Assembly (NCBI GenBank): GCA_030390025.1
Contig: CM059432.1
Coordinates: 74,030,001-74,094,000, forward strand
From: Squalus acanthias
Taxonomy: Eukaryota
Reading direction: 5' to 3'
Length of the DNA stretch: 64,000 nt
The position numbers and the translations under genes were made by a program. The notes under the pieces were generated by a model that saw nothing but the letters and a program-made list of their open reading frames with translations, ran no database searches and was not told where the DNA came from. Each line of letters starts with the position of its first letter. Within the stretch, counting starts at the first letter, position 1. Shown piece after piece: positions 39,061 to 51,503 of the stretch.

Positions 39061-40059
39061 TCTAAGATTTTTGTGAAATTTTGTGGGAACCCGTACCCCA
39101 GTGAGAGTCGGTGATTTCTTGATATTTTGCTGACCCATCTGGGAAGCTCCAAGCTGTTAATGAAATGGTGAACAGTTGGTCGAGATGGAAAGATTCAAAA
39201 TAGTTCAATGTAATACCTGACTTAATTGGTATCCATAACTATGTTCATTTCTATATTGACTTTTTTGGTGAACGGTAATTGCTTTCTCTCCAGGTTTTCT
39301 CCATTGGTTTTAATGACCGTTATAAAAGTTTTCAAAACCCCTTGGGAGTAGCAGCATAGCTGAAATGACATGAAATACTTGGAATATCCCTTATATGGCC
39401 AATTGGGTTTTGAGCTCTAAAATGATCTGATGTGGAATGTCCTGAGTCAGGGCAGTTCTCACCTGGTGCCCAGTAGAATTTGCTTATCGCAGCACAGTAA
39501 GAAGTTATTCAGCTGGATCAAGATCCTATTTTAAGTCGCTAACTTGATTTTTGACAGGATGTGGTTAATTACATAATAGGTTGCTAGCCAGATAGTGTTC
39601 TCATTTCAAGAGTCTTGTGCAAGATGTTACAACTTCAAATGTGCTGGTGCAACTGCAGCCTGAGGTGGTCAGGACACTGCTAGCCAAAGTTTATCAGGAG
39701 CCAACTTGGCAATTTCCCACTAACCCTGCTCTTTTTGAAGTCCTGCTCTGCCACCTTCCATATGCTGCTCCCCTGTCTCGGCTGCAAAGCTGTAGGAAGC
39801 AGAATGAGAAGATGACAGTTGAGGCAAAAAGGAGAAAGTGTTAAGTGAGAAAAGAGAAAATGATGAAGTGGGGGGGGGGGGGGAACATTTTTATTTAAAG
39901 ATTTCCAAATATCCTTTTGGAGGGGTGTGGCAGGATGAGCTTTTTTTTGGTGGCAAGCCCAAAAAAAATTGTCAACCATGAAATCCTAGTTTTGTTTAAA
40001 TTGATTATCAAGAATGACTTTAATGTTTTGGGATTTTTTTTCTCCTTGAAATTTAGGAA

Positions 40060-41720
40060 TGAGGCACTCCCATGCTAGTGACTTCGACAAATCAATTATA
40101 TTAGTCAGACGTGACCTATCCTTCGCAAATCCATGCTGGCGCTCTTTGATCAGCTGATACTTATCCAAGTATTCAATCACTCGGTCTCGGAGATTCCTGT
40201 AACTCCCCCGCCTCGCCTCACCCCCCCCCCCCCCCCCCCCCCAAAAAAAAATTGGTGTAAAGCAGGCAGGTCTGTCGTTACATGGTTTCTCCCTACCAAA
40301 ATAACTTAAATAATGGAGTGATGTTTTCAATTTTCCAATCCAAATGCACAATTGTGCAATTCCTGAATCTAGAGAGCTTTACAAAATTATAACCAACACA
40401 TCTGCAATTTCCTCGCCTATTTATGTTAATAGTCTGGGGTGGAATCCATCAGGTCCTGGAGATCTTAAGTTCCATTATCTTTCCATTACCATTTTTTTGT
40501 ACTTGTATTAAATCCACTAAGTTGCTCCCCTTCACTTATTTTTAGGTTCCCCTGTACTGTTGGCATTTTGTCCTCGTCCTCCACTGTGAAAATGGATAAA
40601 AAGTACTCATTTGACAAGTCTGCCATTTCCTTAATCTATTATAGTCTTGCCTACATAGGAATTGTAGGCCATTTAGCCCCTCGAGCCTGTTCTGCCATTC
40701 AATTAGATCATAGCTGATCTGTATCTCAGCTCTAACACTTTAGTTCCATATCCCTTAATACCCTTGCCAAACACACAATTTATCAGTTTCAGTTTTGAAA
40801 TTTTCAGTTGGCCTAGCCTCACAGCTTTTTGGGAGGAGAGAGTTCCCGTTTTCCACTATCTTCGTGTGAAGTGCTTCCTGACATCACCCCTGAACGGCTT
40901 AGCTAATTTTAAGGTTCTGGACTCTTTATTCCCCCTCTTTCTCTCTCCACCCCCCCCACCCCCCCCCCCCCCCCAAAAGAGGAAGACTTGCTATCTACCC
41001 TATCAAATACCTCAATTAGATCACCCCTTAATCATCTTTATACAAGGGAATACAAGCCTAGTCTATGCAACATGTCCTCATAATTTAACACTTAGCCCCA
41101 GTATAATTCTGGTGAATCTGAGCTGCACTCCCTCCGAGGCCAATATATCCTTCCTGAGATGCAGTGCTGAGAACTGAATGCAGTATTCTAGTTGCAGTCT
41201 AACCAGAGCTTTATACAACTGTAGCATAACTTCCACCCCTTGAGATAAAGGCTAACATTCCATTAGCCTTTTTAATTACTTTTTGTATCTGTCCACTAGT
41301 TTTTAGTGATTTCTGTACATGGACCCCTAAATCTCTCTGCTCCTCCTCCACAGTTCCTAGCTTCTCATTGTTTAGAAAATACTCTGATCTATCTTTCTTA
41401 GGTCCAAAGTGGATGACCTCACACTTCCCACATTGAACTCCACCTGTCACAGTTTTGCCCACTATCAATGTCTGTTGCAACTTTCTGCTCCCTACTACAC
41501 TACTTACTGTCACCTAACTCTGCATCCATCCTTAATGGGCCCACATTCCCCTCTACCACACTCTCTCATATATTGATGAACATTTTGCTGTTAGTTTTGC
41601 TATCCATTGCAAGTTTTTTTTCATATTCCTTTATTGCCCCTCATTACTTTTTTTGTATCCCTTTGTTGCTTTTTTATAGCTCCCAGTTGCTGGATTTTGT
41701 CTTTTTCATTGATAAACCAG
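40060..41720 (-). mobile_element. Old CR1 fragment with a nested CR1 3' fragment (about 40652-41515)
   Basis: YLDKYQLIKERQHGF in the host; new tail at 40652 and KCEVIHFG...QRDLGVHV in the insert. Confidence 0.75.
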
Positions 41721-42730
41721 CTTCTGGTTTTCACAGTCATTGAATGCAGTGGTTGAAACAGATAAAAAAATCTCTGAAGTTCACATAATAAAAGAATGTG
41801 ATTTATTCAGTCACCATAAAAGTGACCGTTCTAGGGAATAGCTACTTTGGTATATTGTAGGGAAGACTACTGGTTTTTGATAGTCATGGGGGGAGTGGCA
41901 GAAGGGGTGGAATTGTGGAATGTGATCCCAAAACAGTGGTGAAAATCCATGCAATAAAAATTGAATTTGACTTATTTCGTCAAAGTAAACCAGCTAATTG
42001 AATCTTCTGCACGAAGAAGCATCGTCTTCCCTTGTGCCTTCTGTAGATGTAGAAGACCGTCTAAAAAATTTTCTGAACACTACATATTCTCTTTGCTCGT
42101 GTTAGCTAAACATTTGGCATGATTGTAAAACGGCTTTGCCTGCTTTATGCTCGTCCTAACTTTTGCACTAGTATTAGTGAATGTGCAAAGTATATGCCAT
42201 AGAAACTAATTTTCTAAGTTTACTTATTTATTGGCTCTCGGCAACAGGAGCTTAGGCTGTGGGCTGAGGCATATGGCTGGAGAAGATTTCCCAATAGGGA
42301 GTGAGCATATAAGAGGAGCTTGAAGACGAGAATTACTTTTGAAATCAATTTGCTGAGACATTGGGGGCCAATGACATTTAGTAAGAATTGTGTAAGTGTG
42401 TGTGTAAAAGCCTGGCAAGGAAGGCATAAACAGACAGTATTTTAGATTTTTTTGGGGTCAGTTGTCACTTTTTAATAGGACTGGATTGATATCTCTTGAT
42501 GAGCAGAATTACACCTATTTTTTTATATTCCCAGGAAAAGTTAGGGAAAGGAAGTTGGAGATCTCCAGGTGGTGTGGAAAAAAAGTCCATGATAAAATAG
42601 TCATGGAGCTTGAATGAAGCAGCCTTGATGGGCTGAATGGCACTGTATCACTGTGAATTTTCTTGTGTTCTTACGAGTCTCATATCTGAGTCTTGCAGCT
42701 TACTGAAATACTAGTAGTTGGGGAGGTATC

Positions 42731-43178
42731 GAAACATAGGAGCAGGAATAGGCCATTCGGCCCTTCGAGCCTGCTCCACCATTCAATATGATGGCTGATC
42801 CTCTATTTCAATACCATATTCCCGCTCTCTCCCCATACCCCTTGACTCCTTTTGCGTCTAGAAATCTATCTACCTCCTTAAATATATTCAGTGACTTGGC
42901 TTCCACAGCCTTCTGTGGTAGAGAATTCCACAGGTTCACCACCCTCAAGAAATTTCTCCATCTCAGTCCTAAATGTCCTACCCCATATCCTGAGACTGTG
43001 ACCCCTTGTTCTAGAGCCCCCAGCCAGGGGAAACATCCTCCCTGCAACCAGTCTGTCTAGCCCTGTCAGAATTTTATACATTTCAATGAGATCCCCTCTC
43101 CTTCTAAACTTGAGTGAATACAGGCCTAGTCGACCCAATCTCCTCATACGACAGTCCTGCCATCCCAGGAATCAGTCT
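42731..43178 (-). mobile_element. CR1 family B 3' fragment
   Basis: Highly similar to 9900-10360; LGRLGLYSLKFRRRGDLIE. Confidence 0.9.
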
Positions 43179-44499
43179 GCTTAGTGTTGACTTCTATTGG
43201 GTGAGAGGAACAGATTTCCAATTAAAGGGCTTTTACTGCACTAAATGGAATAAACCAGAAGGGCCCCCAGTTTGTTTCTCCATCAGTGCTGAGTTACCTG
43301 ATTTTCAGCCAAAATGGCAGTTGAGGCACTGGATGATTGGGGAAAAAATGTGTCAGGGTTCCACTTTCTGATTACTCTGAAGAGACTTCTGCTGGGAAGT
43401 CGGATGCAAGGACATCAAGTGAGAATAGGATCCGTTTCAGCTGCAGTGTCTTCTGTGGTTAAATTGCTTTCTGATCACTCTTTAGGCTCATGTGAAAAAT
43501 AGACTTTGGGTGAGGTATCATGGGCTTGCTAGCATTTGGGGAAACTAAATTGAAGCAAGACTTAGTGCCTTCAGGAAGTGTGTTGCGGGGGGTGGGGGTT
43601 GGGAACGAGAGAAATACACACATTCATAAAGCATGGAGATTTTTTATGTCATAAATTTGATCCTTTAATGCAAAATTGTCTGAACATTTGTATATTATAC
43701 CTAACTGTAATAACCCTTATTTGTGTTTTGCCTCTGGCAAGGTTTGGCTTTTTAAATCTGTCAGGCACATGCTTAGTTGAAATGTATAATGTAAGAACAC
43801 ATGTCACCGGTTCTGTCATGCACACCAGTAGTTAAGTGTTTGTGTACATAAACTTATCAAAACCGAGTCTGGGGACTTAAACACGATGCTTAAAGTTGCT
43901 ATGTGAATGAGTGACTTGCAGACCCCTACATGGAATTCAATCTGTACAGAAGAATATGGAACTTGAAACGGCAATTTCCAATTAGTGTAATTTGTAAAGT
44001 CATTGGGGTAAGATATATATTATTCAAAACATAGATTATGTTAACTTTTAGAGAAGCATTAGTTGCTAAGGAATATGGAAGTATTTGATTAAGTTTAGTA
44101 CTGGCTGGAAGCCAAATTCACTTATGCAATGCCCAAAGTAGTTTCATTCCCCAAATTACCCTATGAACTGATTGTTTTGGAGCAAATTCTTATGATTCTT
44201 GTATACTTTTTCGATCATCCACTTAGTTTTACATATTCATTTCTTCTAAGATTACTACAGTAATGACTCAGCTCAACTAATGCACTAACAAATAAACACA
44301 GTAGATTGACTGCTCTAGGGAGCGTGAAACGTAAAAATGTATACGTTCTGTTGATTATTATAAAATGAAGCTCCTGTGGCATTAGTAGTAATATTCTGTA
44401 GTCGTTTTTTTGTCATGCGTGGAAGTCTTTAATATAAAATAAAATCAGTGATGTTCGAAGCCTTTGCTGCAGGTAGAATAATGGGTTTATCACTCGAGA

Positions 44500-46270
44500 C
44501 TGATACATTTCCTATCACATTTGTGTTGCAAACTCTTCTAGCTTTCTCTCCTGCCCACACACCTGGGACTGCACCACCAGCTCTGAGCAGTGTCTGTTGA
44601 TTGGTGCTGAAGCTTCTGCCTAGACTTGCAATTCCAAAATCCTGGCCCTGAACAGTGTGATTAAGCCTGGTGGCACACACTGGCCCTGCCCTCCTCTCGC
44701 TGACTGATCAACATGGTGGCTGAGAATGAAAGTACAAACACACACTCTTAACTTTCTCTCCCTTCCAGAAATTGGTCTCTGCCATTTTACAACAGGGTCT
44801 ATTGTCTTCTCTCTGCACCCCACCCACCACACTTATTCAACTGGAGTTCTTTAACTTCCCCTCTTTCTCCCCCTCCCCCCCCCCCCCCCCCCCCATATCC
44901 ATTTCCCCAAAATGGAGGAGGAGCAGAGTTGTGCTGTCTGTTTTTCTTTCCCCATCTTCCTCCACCCCCCCACTCCTTGCAAAAAATTGCCAGTTTCTTC
45001 CTTTTTCCTCATTTGTTTCTCCCTTCCTATCCTAAAACAGGGTCTTTCTCTTTCTGCTCCTCCTTTCTCACTCTCCCTTTCTTCCTGTTCTCTTTCTTTC
45101 CTTCTCCCCTGCCCCCCCCCCCCCCCCCCCCCAAAAAAAAAGATTACCAACTCTTTTAGTATTTCTCCTCTTCGGCAACAGGAGAGATATCTTCCACAAA
45201 GCATCTGTCTGTGTCTCTTTTTTTATATTCCAGCTCAGTTGTTTGCTCTTACTGCCATCCTTTTCTGCTTCGACATGGTCACACTCCCTCTTTCCACATC
45301 CCTATTTTTTTCAAACTCAAACAAGGTTAGTGTCTCTTTCCTGCCTTCCCAACAGGATTCTTGTCTCGCATCTTGCTTCCCCCTGACCCCACCCCCATCA
45401 TTGGATCAGTGTTTTCGTGCGTCTCATCTTCCTCCATCGGGTGTTCTTGTAGGGCCAGGCGTGTACTCTCACTGAGCCTCAACCTTGGGTTGAAGTCATC
45501 GCCCACTCCAGGTGTTCACGCAACTCTACTGCAATACCTAGCCGCATGCGATTCTCATGCCCTTCTCTTGGTGATTAACAAACATGGGACTCTGACAACG
45601 GTGGAGAAGAGAAATGTTTCTTTTTTTAAAATTAAATGATGTTTCCATGCTCCCCTTCCCAGGGCTTTTCTCTTTTTTCGTGTCACACAACAGGATGTCC
45701 CTTACCTCTTTTATAACAGCTGTGTTTATTCTTTTGCCAAGATTGGGACCATCTATTTAGCTGCCTCTGCTTCCTCCCCTCCCTCTTGTATACTGTCAAA
45801 CATCCCACATGCTCCCCCTTGGTAACCCTGATCCCATGTCTCCTCATTCCTTCTCAGAGTTCATCAGTTCCACGAGACCCCCATTCCTACTAAATTTAAA
45901 ATTGTCATCCTCGTGTTTAAATCCTTTCATGGTCTTTTCCTTAAACCTATCTGTAACCTACAGCCTCCCCTGAATTTTGTGTTCTTCTGACTCGAGCCTT
46001 TGTGCTCGCCCCTTCGACCCCCCCCACCTGCCACCACCTATCAATGTTCCCTTTAATTTTTTTTAGGGTGCGCATGCACGGCCCACTCAATACCGCACAT
46101 GCGTGGTTTTTCCTATATACAAGCTGGTGAGCCAGCTGCGCAGGTGGTGCAGAGCGCCACACAGCTTAAAGGGACCATTGCCACCCATTGGTGTCACTTA
46201 CACTCTGCTTTGGAATGTCTTCCCTAACTTTTCTCTCAAAGATCCTCCTTAAACCCCACCTCCTTGACCT
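44500..46270 (+). mobile_element. Highly decayed L2-like LINE, pyrimidine-rich
   Basis: tttaaaattgtcatcctcgtgtttaaatcctttcatggtc resembles L2 FKILILVFKSLHG; similar to 58485-58720. Confidence 0.5.
46042..46180. mobile_element. hAT-like MITE, 139 bp
   Basis: 15-bp TIRs caatgttccctttaa / ttaaagggaccattg (1 mismatch), CA...TG ends, 8-bp duplication CCACCTAT / CCACCCAT. Confidence 0.82.
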
Positions 46271-47423
46271 GATATGTCCTCCTTTGGCTCACAATCCATT
46301 TAAGGGCATCATATCCATGCAAGTGGTTATTTTCTTTCTCCTGCTCCCACCCCCCTGCAGTTTCATTGCATCTGTTTCATTAAATATAGTTCTCCAAATG
46401 CAGATATAAAGGAGGACGTCTGGTGCCTACATCCATTTATTTTAAACTTAAAATTCACTCCACTGCACTGGATTTATGGTGCACCCAGGTGGATACTAGG
46501 TTGTGAGCAAATCACCAGTTTATTTTTCTCTCTGCCCTGCACCCACATTCCAGTTCCCCTCTGGAACTCTGTTTTGCAAGTGACTTGTTTTAAATTCAAA
46601 ATTCAAAATTGTGAAAGAATAATCATAAGACTTCAATTACCAATCAGATCTCAAAGTGACCGGTGGATTCAATTTTAATGTAGATTAGAAATGATCATTC
46701 TTGGTGAGTGTTGCCAACAGCCACTGATGACATCTCTGCAGCACATCTTTTCATGTGTACTGTTCAGAAAGGATATTAAATATTTTTGTTTTACCAATTT
46801 CTTACTAATATGGGCATAATTTTTAAATCCTTGTCATATAGTAGGAGTAGCAGTTTGATGATCTCCATTCCCTACAGTGTGTTAACATTACCTGTGACAT
46901 TGTGAATGGTGCCAAGCTTAGGCCAGATGCTCCCTCAAAGGAGTGCAGGATAGCTGTCATGTTTCTCAGCGTCCAGTTTTACAGTAATCCAACATTAGCG
47001 GAGGCCTGAGTGCAGTAGGTAGCCTGCTCCCCCTGATTTGTTTGGTTGAGGACTTGGATCTGTTAATACTCCCAGAGAGTGATTAACTTTCAAAGTTCAC
47101 AGTCTATACAGAGGCGTCTAAATTATTCGACATTCTGAAATTTAACTACAAATGGCTGTGAAGCTTTTGTGCTTGTGATGCCAGTATTTATTTAACTTGG
47201 ACCACAAAAGGAGAAATGCCTTGCCATGTGTTTTTGATCCTTAGTGCTTTGACTGAAATTATCAAATTAGAAAACCTGGATTGTTATGCTTCTGCAGATC
47301 CTGCTGTATTACATACAGTACTTGATAAGTGTAGAATTCTGGAGTTTTAAGACTGAATTTCTGTGATGAGTGTGATCTGTTGCCATTTCTCACACCAGCC
47401 ATCCTTGTGCATTGCTGAGACCT

Positions 47424-48139
47424 GGGTCAGAAATTCGGCTCTCTGGCTTCCTGCGGGTGCAAGCATCGCACGCGTACTTGCCTGCCGTTGTGCTTCGGGC
47501 CCACGAGGACTTCGGCTCCTGGGCCTCCTGCAGCTGCCGGCGTGCAGTGCTTGCGTGTCCCAGGGGCGCAGTTAGTTCGAAGCGTCCCCTGGGATCACGT
47601 GGGCCATGGAGAGCCAAGGCATTTTCATTCATAGATTTGACAGGAAGACCTGTCAAATCTATGAAGAGATCGGCCCCAAAACCACACTTAAATTTCAATT
47701 TTTTTTTTAAATCACATTTTTAAAATAACTAAGTTACATAAATTAACTACTTTAAACAAATTTAAATTTTTGAAAAAATTAATTATACTTTTTAACGGTG
47801 CTAAAAATAAACTTACCTTTAAAGTATCTAAAAAATATAAACCTGTTGAAAAAATGTTTAAATTGTAATTAATTAACCACTTACCTTGTTAAAAACAGGC
47901 CTTGCGCCTCCTTTTTAAAAGTGCAGCTTCTTCATACTTACCTTCCCGGAGAAACCTGAAAAAACCCGAAGTTCGCTGCGTGCGCACTGCCTCTACTACG
48001 CACGCGTTTGACTTCTGAACCCCTCCCTTCAGGGGAACGGAAGTTCCGGTTTCCCGCGCATGCGTGAAACCGGCACTTCAGGTGGCCTTACGGGTGAGTA
48101 CACAGCGCGTACTCACCCGACGAGCCGAATTTCTGGCCC
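47424..48139. mobile_element. MITE with Harbinger-like TIRs, 716 bp
   Basis: 18-bp TIRs gggtcagaaattcggctc / gagccgaatttctggccc (1 mismatch); CpG-rich arms and AT-rich centre; no clear TSD. Confidence 0.75.
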
Positions 48140-48492
48140 GTATATTTTACTGCTAGTTTGTTCTGAAATAGGGGAATTTTTGTGTTTTGGAACCTTGCCG
48201 ACTGGAACTGGATTACTCATTAATTTTGGTAAGATCCTTACGGCATGAAGAGTGTGGGGGGGAGCGGGGAAGAAAGAGTGCGAGAGAGTGGAAAAGAATC
48301 TTTTTATTCAATCTAGGCTGGATTCAAACTCTGGACCCAAAGGTGAAACAATAGTGTAACAACTTGCTGCACCACCCAGTTTCCCAATGTATTAATTTGA
48401 GTGTTTTGACTTTGATTAGATATAAAGTAACTAATGGAAATGACAGTTGAAGTTTTGTGAATTTTTTAAATCAATTGTGCTTTAACTTTTAA

Positions 48493-48627
<135 letters not shown>

Positions 48628-49167
48628 TAGAAATGTGTAATTTAATATGTAGACAGTCTAGGTCACCATAGTGTTTTATGTATGATTCTCAAGTCAGCAA
48701 TAGGTGACCTGATGTTACTCAAAAGGTCTTTATTATTCTCTGTGCCATGCATTAGTAAGGAAAATAGTTCAGTACCACACAGCTGCTCTCGTACCTCATC
48801 TGGCCTCAGGTTTTTTTTCCCCATCCAGTCAGAATTGATTCTTCCTCCTATGGTATTAAAAGCACATGATGATTATGATGATGATAAAGGGAATGTAACC
48901 TCATGGATAGAGGGATGGCTAAGGGATATAAAGCAAAAAGTAGGGATGTTTTTCAGATTTGCTGAAACTGAGTAGCAGTGTGTCTAGAGATCTGTGTTCA
49001 GATCTATTTGGCTTTCTATTTCTATAACTGATTTGAATATAAACCCAACAAGAATGATTCTGCAGTCTGCTAATCCATGAAGAACTACCCTGTCCTCTGT
49101 GGAATTCAATTGATTTGTTTATTCTTGAGATTACTACAACCAGCCATGTACTGGCCGGTTAGAGTTA

Positions 49168-51503
49168 AGAACATAAATAGGAGCAGGAGCAGGCCATACG
49201 ACTCCTTGAGCCTGCTCCGCCATTCAGTAAGATCATGGCTAATCTTCGACCTCCATTCCACTTTCCCACCCGATCCCTGTAATCCTTGATTCCCTTGGGT
49301 CAAAAAATCTATCGATCTCAGCCCTGGATATACTCAACGACTAGTATCCACAGCCCTCTGGGGTAGAGAATTCCAAAGATTCACAACCCTTTGAGTGAAA
49401 AAATCTCATCTCCGTACTAAATGGCCAACCACTTATTCTGTGACTGTGACCCCCTAGTTCTAGACTCCCCAGCCAGGGGACACAGCCTCTCGGCATCTAC
49501 CCTGTCAAGCCCTCTCAGAATCTTTTATGTTTCAATGATCCCTAGGCTGGGAGGGTTGTCCTATGAGAGATTGAGTAGATTGGGCCTATACTCTCGAGTT
49601 TAGAAGAATGAGGGGTGATCTAATTGAAACATACAAGATTCTGAGGGGGATTGACAGGGTAGATGCTGAGAGGTTGTTCCCCTGGCTGGAGAGTCTAGAA
49701 CGAGGGGGCATAGTCTCAGAATAAGGGGTCGGCCATTTAAGACTCATGAGAAGGAATTTCTTCACTGAGGGTTGTGAATCTTCGGAATTCTCTACCCCAA
49801 AGGTCTGTGAATGCTGAGTTGAGTATTTTCAAGGCTGCGATAGATATAGATTTTTGGACTACAGGGGGATTGAGGGATGTGGGGATTGAGTGGGAAAGTG
49901 AAGTTGAGGTCTAAGATCAGCCATGATCTTATTGAATGGCGGAAGAGGCTCGAGGGGCCGTATGGCCTACTTCTGCTCCTAATTCTTATGTTCTTAGATC
50001 ACCTTTCATTCTTTTAAACTCCAGAGAGTAAAGGCCCATTCTACTCACTCTCCTCATAGGACAGCCCCCTCATCCAAGGAATCAATCTAGTGAACCTTTG
50101 TTGCATCACCTCTAAGATGAGTATATCCTTCCTTGGATATGGAGACCAAAACTGTACACAGTACTCCAGGTGTGGTCTCACCAAAGCCCTGTATAATTGC
50201 AGCAAGAGGCTTCAGCACTGATCCTTGCGGCACCCCACAAGTATGAGCCTGCCAACATGAAAATGACCAGTTTATTCCATCTCTGTTTTCTGTCCTTTAG
50301 CCAATCCTCTCCATGTGAATATATTACCCCTCAACCCCATGAGCCCTCATCTTGTGTAACAAACTTTCATTTGGCACCTTATCGAATGCCTTTTGAAAAT
50401 CCAAATATACTACATCCACTGGCTCCCCTTTATCTACCCTGCTAGTTACATCCTCAAAAAACTCTAATAGAGTTGTCAAACACAATTTCCCTTACATAAA
50501 ACCATATTAACTCTGCCTAATATGATTTTCGAAGTGCCCTGTTACCACTTCCTTAATAGATTCCAGCATTTTCCTGACGACTGATGTCGGGCTAATTGGT
50601 CTATAGTTCTGTTTTCTCCCTCCTTCCTTTCTTGAATAGCGGTGTTACATTTGCTACCTTCTAATCCATTGGGACCGTTCCAAAATTTCCTAGATTCTGG
50701 AAGATCAAAACCAATGCATCCATTATCTCTGCAGCTACTTCTTAGAACCCTAGAATGTAGGCCATCAGGTCATGGGGATTTGTCAGCTTTTAGACCCATA
50801 ATTTCTCTAATACTTTTTCTTTACTAATATTTTAAGTTCCTCACTCTCATTAAACCCTAGTTTCCTGACTCTCTTTTTGTCTTCAACTGATACAAAATAC
50901 TTGTTTAATGTCTCTGCCATTTCCTTATTCCCCATTATAATTTCTCCTGTCTCAACCTCTAAGGGACCCATGTTTACTTTTGCTACTCTATTCCTTTTTA
51001 CATACTTGTAGAAGCTCTTACAATCTTTTTATATTTCTTGCTAGCTTACACTCATTTTCTCTTTTTTTATCAATTTTTTTGGTCATCCTTTGCTGGTTTC
51101 TAAAACTCTCAGCTTGCTACTCTTGGCAACATTGTAAGTCTCTCATTCTAATGGTATCCTTAACCTCTAGTTAGCCACATATGGATCACTTTTCCCGTAG
51201 AGATTTTATTTATCAATGGAATGTATATTCATTGAGAATTAGAAATATTTCTTTTAAATGTTTGCTATTGCTTGTCTACTGTTAAACCTTTTAATCTAAA
51301 TTCCTTAAACTACCTTAGCCAACTTGCCCTTCATACCTATGTAATCGGATTTAAGTTTAAGACTCTAGTTTCTGACTTAAATGCATCACACTTGAACTCA
51401 GTGTGAAATTCATATGATCACTCCTCCCAGAGGGTCCCTTACTATTAGATTACGAATTAACCGTCTCATTACACAAGACAAGATCTAAAATAACCTCTTC
51501 CCT
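49168..51503 (-). mobile_element. CR1 family B, 5'-truncated with internal deletions
   Basis: Tail aagaacataaataggagcagg; colinear with 30156-32845 and 52372-54340. Confidence 0.85.
49539..49996 (+). mobile_element. CR1 family B 3' fragment nested in opposite orientation
   Basis: LSYERLSRLGLYS motif, tail tcttatgttctta; interrupts host ttcaatga|gatcacc. Confidence 0.85.

Noticed and set aside
44772..45475. ORFs up to 187 aa with poly-Pro or poly-Gly
   Set aside because: They arise from low-complexity pyrimidine tracts and poly-C runs in decayed repeat sequence.
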